Shown here in pieces: positions 1 to 8,427 of a DNA stretch of 64,000 bases. Position 1 is the first letter of the stretch; the number at the start of each line of letters is the position of its first letter. The notes beneath the pieces are model-generated. The model was given only the letters and a program-made list of their open reading frames with translations, made no database searches and was not told where the DNA came from. Origin of the DNA: Candidatus Zhuqueibacterota bacterium (GTDB taxonomy: Bacteria > BS750m-G25); assembly GCA_016783505.1 (NCBI GenBank), contig JADHWK010000001.1, positions 124,001-188,000 of the forward strand. Reading direction: 5' to 3'. A program made the translations under genes and the position numbers.

Positions 1-56
1 TAGTCACTTATCCAGGGTTACTTTTAATATAAAGAAAATCTCCCCCATTCTCAAGT

Positions 57-88
57 AAAAAAAGAAAAACCTTCCTGTACAAGGAAGG
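57..88 (-). terminator. Intrinsic terminator downstream of the RAYT gene
   Basis: Stem CCTTCCT/AGGAAGG at 70-88, followed on the minus strand by a T-rich run (57-69). Confidence 0.6.
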
Positions 89-155
89 CCTTGAGTTCAA
101 AATTCCGCTTTTGACTTGTACTGATCCAAATGTCATCCTGAAGCAGATTTTAAAA

Positions 156-692
156 TTACGATTTAAACTTTTTTATGTTTTTTGGATTCTCGGTATCCAG
201 TTCCCTTTTAAGGGAATTGTTTATAACAGATTCCCTAATCTGATTAAATTCCTTCTCGTTACGGATAATATGCTCGTAATAATTACGTTGCCATTTGAAA
301 GTACATAATCCCATTTTACGAATGTTTTTTGTTACGATGGATTTGAATTGTCCGATGATAGAACCAAGGGAATTGGATTGTAATCCAATTGTAGGGGCGA
401 CCCGGCGGGTCGCCCCTACGACATCAATAATCATAATAATCCCATGTAAATGATTAGGCATCACATTAAATTCATCCAATTCTACATTGTCCCGAATTTT
501 GGCCGTCTTTAACCATTCGGCTTTAACCACCTGACCGAATTCATTCAACCGCATTTCGCCATACACAACATCACCAAAAATACATTCCCGATTATGGGTG
601 CATATCGTGATGAAATATACTCCTGCCTGGGAATAATCATAATCTTATAATCGAATGGAACGACGATGATGTTTCTCTGGATTGTATATCAT
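156..692 (-). pseudogene. REP-associated tyrosine (Y1/HUH) transposase, inactivated
   Basis: ATG at 692 reads MIYNPEKHHRRSIRL*DYDYSQAGVYFITICTHNRECIFG with an in-frame TAA at 645-647. HUH motif MPNHLHGII and WQRNYYEHIIR are present. The C-terminal IRESVINNSLKR lacks the usual catalytic Tyr (IRxYIxxNPxxW). Confidence 0.9.
391..419. repeat. GTAG-type REP palindrome embedded in the RAYT coding sequence
   Basis: GTAGGGGCGACCC-GGC-GGGTCGCCCCTAC, read as VGATRRVAPT. A second hairpin AATTGGATT-GT-AATCCAATT abuts it at 371-390. Confidence 0.9.
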
Positions 693-712
693 TTTTTACG
701 TTGATGATATTG

Positions 713-775
713 TTAATGATCCCCCTCATAAAACGGCTCGATATGCACCAGCATGTCTTCCACCTGGGAAAGCCT
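713..775 (-). pseudogene. Displaced duplicate 3' end of the CDF transporter gene
   Basis: Encodes RLSQVEDMLVHIEPFYEGDH*, against RLSKIEDVLVHVEPFFEGDH* at 1589-1651; 51/63 nt identical by manual alignment. Confidence 0.9.
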
Positions 776-777
776 TT

Positions 778-1272
778 CTATTTCGAAAGCTCACCGGCTA
801 ATTTGAGAATATCTTCTTTCAATTTGTCACTCAACCGAAATCCCAATCTCAAAAGTTTCTCATTAACTTCAGACACAGATTCAATGTGTCCCTGCATTTT
901 TGATTTCAAGATAATTCCGGCCGGGCCGGTAAACCTTAAGCCCCGTAGCTCGACAATACGGCGGGCCAATCGCTCATCAAGAATGATGAGTGACCCTGGC
1001 TTTTCAATGGATAAAGCTAATACTTCAGCTTCACCTAGACCTAAGTCGGTTATCAACTTAAGATATTTAGGAACCTCTACTTTTTGTGCTTGAATCCAAG
1101 GATAGTCTTTAATATCTGGAACATCCTCCCCCTGCAATTTACCTTGCTCTAACTCGTAAACGACTCCTTGGGGAACAATGATAGTACCGTAGAGTTTTTC
1201 GAGCAATTCTAAAAGCCCTAAGCGATGCAAATAGAAAAGGGGCGAAGTATTTACAATTACATGTTCAGGCAT
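778..1272 (-). CDS. DUF3368/COG2405-type PIN-like putative toxin
   Basis: VIVNTSPLFYL...LGLGEAEVLAL...ILDERLARR motifs; overlaps the upstream UPF0175 gene. Confidence 0.85.
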   Translation of the reverse strand: MPEHVIVNTSPLFYLHRLGLLELLEKLYGTIIVPQGVVYELEQGKLQGEDVPDIKDYPWIQAQKVEVPKYLKLITDLGLGEAEVLALSIEKPGSLIILDERLARRIVELRGLRFTGPAGIILKSKMQGHIESVSEVNEKLLRLGFRLSDKLKEDILKLAGELSK

Positions 1273-1516
1273 TATGCACGTTTTTCTCTAATTCTTCGAC
1301 TTCCATATCGAATATAGCGACATTATACCGATCGAGGGCTTGGAGAAAACTTACCCGTGAAATACCAGCTAATTCTGCCGCTCGCCATGAAGACAACTTG
1401 CCCAGTTCATATAACTTTGCAGCAGCTGCCATGCGGATCTCTCGACTAAATTCTTCTGGGGTCTCATTGAGGGAGATCAGAACCTCATCGGGATACTCAA
1501 TTTGAATCGTCTTCAT
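1265..1516 (-). CDS. UPF0175/COG2886 family antitoxin
   Basis: 83 aa; KLYELGKLSSWRAAELAGISRVSF helix-turn-helix signature. Confidence 0.85.
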   Translation of the reverse strand: MKTIQIEYPDEVLISLNETPEEFSREIRMAAAAKLYELGKLSSWRAAELAGISRVSFLQALDRYNVAIFDMEVEELEKNVHNA

Positions 1517-1540
1517 CTTAGCTCCTTGAAATTTTGAGAA

Positions 1541-1580
1541 TTATCTTTATTAGTATACAAAGATAATAAATAAGAATCAA
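1541..1580 (-). promoter_or_regulatory. Sigma70-type promoter of the TA operon with an overlapping inverted-repeat operator
   Basis: TTGATT-N17-TATACT on the minus strand. The inverted repeat TTATCTTT(1541-1548)/AAAGATAA(1559-1566) brackets the -10. Confidence 0.6.
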
Positions 1581-1588
1581 CTATTTTT

Positions 1589-2491
1589 TTAATGATCCCC
1601 TTCAAAAAAAGGCTCCACATGCACCAGCACGTCTTCTATCTTAGAAAGACGATACTTCATGTGATTTTTCACTTCGGTTGCCATAAAATGGCTGTCCTGC
1701 ACGGAAACGTCCTTTCCCGCCTCCACATGAATGTCCACCAGATACCCCAGCCCGCTCTTCCTCACCCTCAGCTTCTCCACCCCCATCACCCCTTCCACCT
1801 CGAGGGCCAGCCTGCGGATATCGTCCAATAGGGCTTGCTCTGGCTGTCTGTCCATCAGCTCCCGGGAACTGGAGAGACCGATCTTTATCCCCACATAGAT
1901 GATCATTGCTGAGATGAACCCGGCGGCGATGTGGTCCAGAGCCTGCCAGCCTGAGCCCCCCAGCATGGCCCCGCCGATGCCCAGGAAGGCGGCCGCTGAA
2001 GAAATGCTATCCGTCCGGTGGTGCCAGGCATCAGCCATCAGGGAGGAGCTGCCCAGCTTCCGGGCCAGGTCCTTCTTATATCGGAAAAGCCATTCCTTGA
2101 CAAAGATAGAAAACGCCACTGTTCCCAGAGCTAAGAAAGTAGGAACGTTGTATTCCCCACCGGCCCGGAGGGTGCGCCAGGCAGAGAGGCCTATTTCTAA
2201 TCCGATGAAGACCAAAAAAACGGCCACCACCAGCCCGGCGATGGACTCAGCCCGGCCGTGACCGTAGGGGTGGTCCCTGTCTGCAGGCTTGGCGGCGATC
2301 TTCATCCCCACCAGCACGGTGACCGAGGAGAAGATGTCAGTAGCCGAGTGGACGGCATCGGCGATCAGGGCACTTGAATGCCCCACCACCCCTGCCCATA
2401 ACTTGATAACCGTAAGGAAGAAATTCCCCCCAATCCCCACCCAGGCCCCTTTCTTCCCCCGCTGATATTTCTCAAATCTTTTCTCATTCAT
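1589..2491 (-). CDS. Cation diffusion facilitator family transporter (FieF-like)
   Basis: SSALIADAVHSATD, HPYGHGRAE and ADAWHHRTD motifs; C-terminal VLVHVEP. Confidence 0.95.
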   Translation of the reverse strand: MNEKRFEKYQRGKKGAWVGIGGNFFLTVIKLWAGVVGHSSALIADAVHSATDIFSSVTVLVGMKIAAKPADRDHPYGHGRAESIAGLVVAVFLVFIGLEIGLSAWRTLRAGGEYNVPTFLALGTVAFSIFVKEWLFRYKKDLARKLGSSSLMADAWHHRTDSISSAAAFLGIGGAMLGGSGWQALDHIAAGFISAMIIYVGIKIGLSSSRELMDRQPEQALLDDIRRLALEVEGVMGVEKLRVRKSGLGYLVDIHVEAGKDVSVQDSHFMATEVKNHMKYRLSKIEDVLVHVEPFFEGDH

Positions 2492-4511
2492 AATTATAAA
2501 TAGGCTGTGGTTCCCTTTTCCCCGAAAACTCCAGCATCTGGGTCATAAAATCCATAGGGTAGGATATCTTAACATCGGTGATGGTGCCGAATTTGTTCCT
2601 GACCGGGTTCAGCCGGGGCATAACCATGGCCGTGTAGCGGGGCAGGTCAATGGCCTTCACCCTCCCGATAACCTCATCCCTCCAGACGGGGTCGAACTTG
2701 ACACCGTAGCTATTCACCAACTTTTTAATGGCCTGGTAATCCCCCTCGGCCTTGATCCGCTGAAGTTCTATCAACAGTTCACCCACCCCTTGATGGAATC
2801 TTTTCAAATCATTTATATATAAATATATTTTTCCATCCTTTTTTAAGGGTTCTACGGCCCCGGTTTCTTCCATGAGGTAGTTCACAATTAGATGCTGGCC
2901 CCGGTCGTGGTCTTCTTCTAACTGGTCCCCTTCGGGCACCCCCCTCAGGATTAACAGATCGTTGCGAACGTAGCGCCTGGCGGCGGCCTCAGCGCAGCGG
3001 GGATCGGGAATGACCCCGAGGGCCATCAAGGTGTCGTCGAAGATGTGCCATAATGCACACAGGTCGGCCCGGGCCTCCTCAACGGTAGAGGCATATTCCT
3101 TCAGGTAAACGTCGGGGTCAAACCGCAGGGTGTCAGCGACCCTGCCCGATCCGTGGCCGACCACCTCATGCATGGCAATCAATGCGTTAGCCCCATCAGC
3201 GCCAAAGTCCTTGAGGAGCTGGACCTCCTCAGGGGTGGGATGAAACTCGTCGACCACCCGCCCCTGGCTGACCCCCCGGAAAGCGTCCATCACATTGGCG
3301 AGGAAGAAGTTTTTACACCCGTAATTCTCCCGGATCTCCTCATCGTTGGGCAGGTTGATCCCGGCCATACACAGGGGACCGGCGTCTCCCGTGCCCATAA
3401 TCACCTGGTAGGCTTTAGCCACCGGGGGATGGAACTCCTTTTTTTTATATCTCTCCGCCCAGGGGGCTTTTCGCTCGAAGTATGCGGCGTTCTCAACCAA
3501 GGTGCGCATGAGCCTGCTTCGGTCGGGGTCCACAAAACCCACCAATCCTTCGTATTCCCCCTTCCGGGCCCGGGGGTCCATGTAGACTTCGATGAACCCG
3601 TTAATGGTTTCCACTGGGGGGGAATCGGCCACCCAGGCGATGTTGTATTTGCGAAAATCCTCGGGATCGCCGGTGCGATAGTAATCAATTAGATGCCCAA
3701 GGGCCTCCCGCTGCTTGGGATTAGCGTAGAGGAGGGCGTCTTCCAGGTGATCAATAATCCTGGAGATCTCCTCCGCATACAATCCCGGGGGAACGGTATC
3801 GTTCCCCGCCCGGTAGACCTGTTCGGCAATGACCCCATCCACCTTGACCACCCTGGAATTTAAGGGATAACGTTCGGGATAGTTGTCAACTTCTTCTAAG
3901 GTCACCCCTTCATAAAAATTGTTAGCACTCCCGGTAAGGAGGTCTTCCCCCGAGTGGGGGGATTTGTTGGTCTGAATCGGCTCATAGTTAGGATCGAAGA
4001 GGGTGCGCTCGAGTATCCTAAGTTTGTCGTTTAACCCCTTTTCGTCCTCAGCACCCAGGTCGGCACCGTTCCCCAGCGCCGTCCAAGCTGCCTGGTAGAG
4101 TTCATCAAAAATAAAGTCAGGGACGAATTTACGGGATATGTTGGAATCATAGTTACCCGTGTGAACCCAGAAGAGCTTAAGGTAGGCGGTGATTTTATCC
4201 ATCAGGGTGGAATCAATCCCGCCAGAATGGGTTACGATCTCCTCCATCATGTCCCGAATTTCTAAGGCGTGGCGGTGGTTCTGGTCATAGGCAATGTCCC
4301 GGCCGGCCAAGGCCGCCTGGTAAAGGTGATAGGCCAGGATTTTATCATTTAGACTCAACTCTTCAAACCCGTCGGCGTATAGCTGGGCAAAGGCCACATC
4401 CCCCAAGCGTTCCAAAAGATACTGTCTGGGTTTCTCGCGCCTGGCACAGCCAAAGAATAGTAAAAAAATGAAAAGAATGAAAATGTTAATCCTGAAAAAT
4501 TTCTTCACCAT
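2484..4511 (-). CDS. Peptidase M49 (dipeptidyl-peptidase III) family lipoprotein
   Basis: HEVVGHGSG (HEXXGH-type), EEARAD and GINLPN motifs; lipobox-like LFFGC. Confidence 0.9.
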   Translation of the reverse strand: MVKKFFRINIFILFIFLLFFGCARREKPRQYLLERLGDVAFAQLYADGFEELSLNDKILAYHLYQAALAGRDIAYDQNHRHALEIRDMMEEIVTHSGGIDSTLMDKITAYLKLFWVHTGNYDSNISRKFVPDFIFDELYQAAWTALGNGADLGAEDEKGLNDKLRILERTLFDPNYEPIQTNKSPHSGEDLLTGSANNFYEGVTLEEVDNYPERYPLNSRVVKVDGVIAEQVYRAGNDTVPPGLYAEEISRIIDHLEDALLYANPKQREALGHLIDYYRTGDPEDFRKYNIAWVADSPPVETINGFIEVYMDPRARKGEYEGLVGFVDPDRSRLMRTLVENAAYFERKAPWAERYKKKEFHPPVAKAYQVIMGTGDAGPLCMAGINLPNDEEIRENYGCKNFFLANVMDAFRGVSQGRVVDEFHPTPEEVQLLKDFGADGANALIAMHEVVGHGSGRVADTLRFDPDVYLKEYASTVEEARADLCALWHIFDDTLMALGVIPDPRCAEAAARRYVRNDLLILRGVPEGDQLEEDHDRGQHLIVNYLMEETGAVEPLKKDGKIYLYINDLKRFHQGVGELLIELQRIKAEGDYQAIKKLVNSYGVKFDPVWRDEVIGRVKAIDLPRYTAMVMPRLNPVRNKFGTITDVKISYPMDFMTQMLEFSGKREPQPIYNYE

Positions 4512-4582
4512 AAAATCTCCTGTTAATAACCAGAATTAGGTAAAAGTTTTTGCTTTGTTTCTATTTGAGCAGGGTCAATTCC

Positions 4583-4633
4583 CCAGAACCGACTCTTTAG
4601 AGCGGTTCTTAAAAGTAACCCCTAAATTCTCAA
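4583..4633. repeat. Dispersed ~50-bp hairpin repeat, copy 1 (copy 2 at 16558-16606)
   Basis: CCAGAACCGACTCTTTAGAGCGGTTCTTAAAAGTAACCCCTAAATTCTCAA versus CCAGAACCTCTCTTTAGAGCGGTTCTAAACATAATCCCTAAATTATCAA. Confidence 0.8.
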
Positions 4634-4686
4634 GCCTTTCTTCTCTAAGAGGCCCTATGCGTCAAGGATCCAGAATGGCCTGTCTC

Positions 4687-5046
4687 TCAATAATCTAATT
4701 TTTCGGCCAGACCCTTTTTGAGAAGCAGTTCATTGAGACAGGTTCCCCGTTCCAGAATTTCCCGGTAGGATTTTGTTCGTTTATTGAGAAAAAACACGTC
4801 GGCGATATATCGCCCATATTTGCCCACTTTGTAGGTATTGACGACCACCCTTGCCTTCTCGACCTTTCTCTTGACGAAGGCCTTCGCTTTCAGCCCCTCC
4901 TCGCGCTCAGGTCCCCGGATCTCCGGGGTATTCAGCCCCTTCAGCCGCAGCCTGATGCCAATATTGACCTTAAATCCCAGATCAACTTCTACATCCAGGG
5001 TATCCCCATCCACTACCTTTGTAACCGTGCCTTTATATTGGTACAT
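4687..5046 (-). CDS. Thermonuclease (SNase) family protein
   Basis: VVDGDT, IRLRLKGLNTPE and GKYGRYIA motifs; ATG at 5046 preferred over the ORF-track start. Confidence 0.85.
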   Translation of the reverse strand: MYQYKGTVTKVVDGDTLDVEVDLGFKVNIGIRLRLKGLNTPEIRGPEREEGLKAKAFVKRKVEKARVVVNTYKVGKYGRYIADVFFLNKRTKSYREILERGTCLNELLLKKGLAEKLDY

Positions 5047-5075
5047 AGGAATCTCTTTTTTATACAATTAAAATC

Positions 5076-5645
5076 CTATTGATATTTCCCACCGAACCCG
5101 TTAAACCAGACGATGTCATCAAGGGCTCTTCTCCGCTTCTCTTTCAACGTTCGTCCCTCATAATAACCCATGGCGATGAGGGCAACGACCTTATATTTCG
5201 ATGGAATCCTTAGAAATTTACGGGCCCGTTTGGCGTTAAACCAGCCGATCCAGCAGGTCCCCAGTCCCAGTTCCTGTGCCTGAAGGACGATGTGCTCACC
5301 GGCGATACCGATGTCAATGAGATAATATTGGGTTCCCTGGATCTGTTTGCCGATCCGGTTGGCGATGATGTCCAAGCGGGCCGGGATAACGATGAGGACG
5401 GGTGCTTTGGCAGCGAACCTGGTGGGCGAATAGATACCTGCAAAGGCTTCGCTGGCAAACGCTTCTTTCACTTTGGGATCATCCAGAACGATGAACCGCC
5501 ACGGCTCCACGTTGTCCGCCGACGGAGCCAGTCGGGCAGCCTCCAGACAGGTCAGAATCTTCTCCCGCTCCACCGGCCTTTTAAAATATTTCCGGATGCT
5601 CCGGCGACCCCGAACCAATCTTTGAAAGGGGGTAATACTGTTCAT
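5076..5645 (-). CDS. Nitroreductase family protein
   Basis: RRSIRKY, APSADNVEPWRF and LGLGTCWIG motifs. Confidence 0.95.
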   Translation of the reverse strand: MNSITPFQRLVRGRRSIRKYFKRPVEREKILTCLEAARLAPSADNVEPWRFIVLDDPKVKEAFASEAFAGIYSPTRFAAKAPVLIVIPARLDIIANRIGKQIQGTQYYLIDIGIAGEHIVLQAQELGLGTCWIGWFNAKRARKFLRIPSKYKVVALIAMGYYEGRTLKEKRRRALDDIVWFNGFGGKYQ

Positions 5646-5703
5646 AAGATCACTATTTTGCGAAAAAGTTTACCTTTATATTTTATAACAGTACAGCCAC
5701 ATA

Positions 5704-5721
5704 TTCCCGAAGCTTCGGGAA
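5704..5721. repeat. TCCCGA-N4-TCGGGA short palindrome family, representative copy
   Basis: Perfect palindrome TTCCCGAAGCTTCGGGAA. Related copies at 5860-5875, 8390-8416, 11357-11381, 16483-16502, 38517-38532, 50035-50050, 50100-50126 and 50235-50250. Confidence 0.9.
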
Positions 5722-5754
5722 CAAAGATAGATAAGAAACTTGAATAAGGTTGAA

Positions 5755-5793
5755 CGCTAATTGCTGATTGTTGACTGCTAATTGCTGAGCGCT
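5755..5793. repeat. 7-bp periodic array (TGCTAAT/TGCTGAT-like)
   Basis: cgctaat tgctgat tgttgac tgctaat tgctgag; the same unit recurs at 48166-48225. The palindrome CCTGCCTGCGGCAGGCAGG follows at about 5813-5831. Confidence 0.7.
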
Positions 5794-5841
5794 TTTCGTT
5801 TCGATGTAGCTCCCTGCCTGCGGCAGGCAGGCGTGCTAAAC

Positions 5842-5966
5842 TGTTACTTTAACGTCTCGTCCCGAATATTCGGGATAAGAATTAGCTACAAGAAATTAAC
5901 GGGTTGTCTCAGGGATTCTCCAAACCTTGGGATTGATAAAGTTGCCCAGAAGGGGCTAAGTTCTGT
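5842..5966. repeat. Conserved ~125-bp non-coding element, copy 1 (interrupted copy at 50018-50335)
   Basis: Both loci share the TTTAACGTCTCGTCCCGAATATTCGGGATAAGAATT block and the TCTCAG...TTGATA...GAAGGGGCTAAGTTCT block. Confidence 0.85.
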
Positions 5967-6254
5967 TCAACCAGCGATCTCCACCCGCAATTTAATCTCC
6001 CTCAGGATATCGGCCACCCGCTGACACTTTTCAAATCCCCCGGCGTAGGCAATAGCTTTTCCTTTCGTATGGGCTTCCCAGGCGATGCTTTCAGCTTTAG
6101 CCCGACCGCAGCCGGTGGCCTTCCGTAATTGCCCGATGACCTCCTCAAAGGTGTGAAAATCATCGTTATATAGAATGACCTTGAACGGTTCCCCCAGTCC
6201 GCTTCCCGAGGTGGTAGTAGTCTCCGGTAGTTCAAGCTCTGGGCCAGCCATCAT
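5967..6254 (-). CDS. clpS: ATP-dependent Clp protease adaptor ClpS
   Basis: [17 protein letters not shown]...[10 protein letters not shown]. Confidence 0.85.
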   Translation of the reverse strand: MMAGPELELPETTTTSGSGLGEPFKVILYNDDFHTFEEVIGQLRKATGCGRAKAESIAWEAHTKGKAIAYAGGFEKCQRVADILREIKLRVEIAG

Positions 6255-6664
6255 TCTCCCATTACCTTGATCAGCAGCCGTTTACGCCGCTGACCGTCGA
6301 ACTCGGCGTAGAAGATCTGCTGCCAGGGGCCTAAATCGAGACGGCCATCGGTCACCGGAACGATCACCTGATGGCCGATCAACAGGTTCTTCAGGTGGCT
6401 GTCCCCGTTGGTCTCCCCGGTCCGGTGGTGACGGTAATCGGGCCTGAAGGGGGCCAGCTCCTCCAGCCAGTCATCCATGTCCTGAATGATTCCCTCCTCA
6501 GCATCATTGACGTAAACCCCAGCGGTGATGTGCATGGCCGAGACCAGGATCATCCCCTCTTTTATTCCGCTCTTCTTCAACACCCGATCTACCTCGTGGG
6601 TAATGTTGATATATTCTCGATGCTTCCGGGTATTGAACCACAGGTATTCGGTTAGAAACTTCAT
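6251..6664 (-). CDS. yjbQ: YjbQ/UPF0047 family protein
   Basis: [17 protein letters not shown] and [16 protein letters not shown] motifs. Confidence 0.95.
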   Translation of the reverse strand: MKFLTEYLWFNTRKHREYINITHEVDRVLKKSGIKEGMILVSAMHITAGVYVNDAEEGIIQDMDDWLEELAPFRPDYRHHRTGETNGDSHLKNLLIGHQVIVPVTDGRLDLGPWQQIFYAEFDGQRRKRLLIKVMGE

Positions 6665-6696
6665 CTTTCTTCCTCAAATAATTTGTCAAGATCTTC

Positions 6697-6744
6697 GTTG
6701 TCTCAAGGTTGCACCATGAGACCCCATTGGTTACCTTTAGGTTA
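6697..6744. repeat. TTCAAGGTTGCACCTTGAA repeat family, copy 1
   Basis: Related copies at 7271-7290, 8118-8164 and 54941-54980. Confidence 0.75.
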
Positions 6745-6750
6745 ATAAAA

Positions 6751-7251
6751 TTACCTTCTGATAAACCCAAACGCCCTTTCCACCGCCCCTTTTGGACTGT
6801 CGGCTTCAACAAAGAGTGGTGATTTCGGAAATCCTTCCCGGTGAAATCCCCAGGTTTTCAGGCCTACTACCGGGGTGTCATTTTTTAGGGCCAGGGCAAT
6901 TTCCGATAGGGTCCCATACCCCCCAGAGACGGCGATCACCACATCGGCGGTTTTGACGTTGATGGCATTGCGGGCATCCCCCAGCCCGGTGAAGATGGGG
7001 ATGTCTATGTAGGGATTTGGAGGGGATTCGGAGACGTTGCCCCCAGGCATTATCCCGATAGTTAGTCCCCCTGCTTCCCGGGCCCCCTTAGCCGTTCCCT
7101 CCATCACCCCTCCGCGGCCCCCGCAGAGGAGCACCGCCCCCCGCTCGGCAATTAACCTTCCCACCTGCCTGGCCAATTCATAAATCTCCCCATCGCATTG
7201 ACTGCCCCCCATCACCCCGATAATGGGTTTTCTGCCTGATATCATTTTCAC
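6751..7251 (-). CDS. TIGR00725 / LOG (Rossmann-fold) family protein
   Basis: LLCGGRGGVME, RNAINV and GGYGTLSEIALA motifs. Confidence 0.9.
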   Translation of the reverse strand: MKMISGRKPIIGVMGGSQCDGEIYELARQVGRLIAERGAVLLCGGRGGVMEGTAKGAREAGGLTIGIMPGGNVSESPPNPYIDIPIFTGLGDARNAINVKTADVVIAVSGGYGTLSEIALALKNDTPVVGLKTWGFHREGFPKSPLFVEADSPKGAVERAFGFIRR

Positions 7252-7288
7252 CCAAATTTCTTACTAGCTTGTTGCTTCAAGGTTGCAC

Positions 7289-8110
7289 CTATTTATCAAA
7301 GGAATAAACAATTCCCATCCTTAATCCATCACAGAATAGGGATATCTTTGTAGCCTTCTTATTATAATGCAATGCCGGAATGATCATCCCAATGGCCGAT
7401 CCCACTACCGCTCCCGCCAGCACGTCTGTGGGGTAGTGGTATCCGGCGGCCACCCGCAGGACCCCCGTCAGGGTGGCCCCGGAAAGACCGATCAGCCATA
7501 GGGATCTCTTAAAGGACGAATCCGGATGGCGAGCCTCGTAGAGCAGGGCGGCCATCACCACCCCATTAAAGGCCAGGGCGGTTTGCAGGGAGAAAAACGA
7601 CCGGGCAGCATCCTTTCCTTGGCGTTTGTTCAGGGGAACATCCGGACTATAGGCAAAGGGTCGTGCCCGATGGGTCAGTCCCTTGCTGATCCCCCCAAGT
7701 CCCTGAACAAGGAGGAGTGATTCCATAATCATCGTAAAATCGGTCCAGTGCCTGACCCTATCATTGCCCTCAAAATCAATCAGGCCGGAAAGAATGGGCA
7801 TCGCCGCGCACGCCGCCCCTATCACATCACTGGCCCGATCCAGCCCCTCGGAATAAAGGTCGGCCGCAAAACGGTCCAGAAAAAAAATGTCGTCTTTGTT
7901 CAATTCATCCAGATCAAGGGGTGCAACTGACTGTCGGCAATGTTCCCCTACGGCCCCAAAAGCGAGGCAGCACGTTACCAATGCGAGGTCCTTCTTCCAT
8001 TCCAGCGAGAAGGGATCTGAATGGGGTTGACCCCACACCAATCTGGGAATGGAGAAGGATAAAATAGCCCCGATCACTAAAATGAATTTTCTTGACAGAA
8101 AAACTCTCAT
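7289..8110 (-). CDS. PAP2 family phosphatase-like membrane protein
   Basis: KxxxxRARP (C1), SFFSLQT (degenerate C2) and RVAAGYHYPTDV (C3). Confidence 0.85.
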   Translation of the reverse strand: MRVFLSRKFILVIGAILSFSIPRLVWGQPHSDPFSLEWKKDLALVTCCLAFGAVGEHCRQSVAPLDLDELNKDDIFFLDRFAADLYSEGLDRASDVIGAACAAMPILSGLIDFEGNDRVRHWTDFTMIMESLLLVQGLGGISKGLTHRARPFAYSPDVPLNKRQGKDAARSFFSLQTALAFNGVVMAALLYEARHPDSSFKRSLWLIGLSGATLTGVLRVAAGYHYPTDVLAGAVVGSAIGMIIPALHYNKKATKISLFCDGLRMGIVYSFDK

Positions 8111-8427
8111 ATGATTTGTTGCTTCAAGATTTCACCTTGAAGCACGACAGACACCTTCAGGTTATACTATGTCAATTTCCATTAGCCACCCAAGATGTAA
8201 TTTCTCACGGATAAATATTTAGTGATGAAATTTGGATATGTTCCTCCCTTTTTTAACCTAAAGGTAAAATAATTCTTTTCCCAAGATCGTTTCCCCCTGG
8301 CCGGGCAGGCAAGATCCTTCGGGCCGACAAGGTTCAACCTTGAAAGAACAGAAATCTGTTGCAACATTGCAAAATGTATGTCGAAAATGTCCCGATCCAC
8401 AAGTCTCGGGACGGGATTTTTCGGCAT

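Noticed and set aside
701-1093. Plus-strand ORF of 130 aa resembling the plus-strand ORF at 1592-1831
   Set aside because: The similarity is only the antisense shadow of the duplicated CDF 3' end, and both ORFs lie opposite real genes
4622-4652. Minus-strand LLEKKGL resembling the SNase C-terminus LLLKKGL, a possible second displaced gene end
   Set aside because: Only 7 codons, low nucleotide identity, and it overlaps a dispersed repeat, so chance cannot be excluded
8182-8427. 81-aa ORF upstream of PAP2, and a GGAGG followed by an IQISSLNIYP* frame
   Set aside because: The ORF runs through a palindrome repeat and has no recognisable motif; the short frame lacks a start codon
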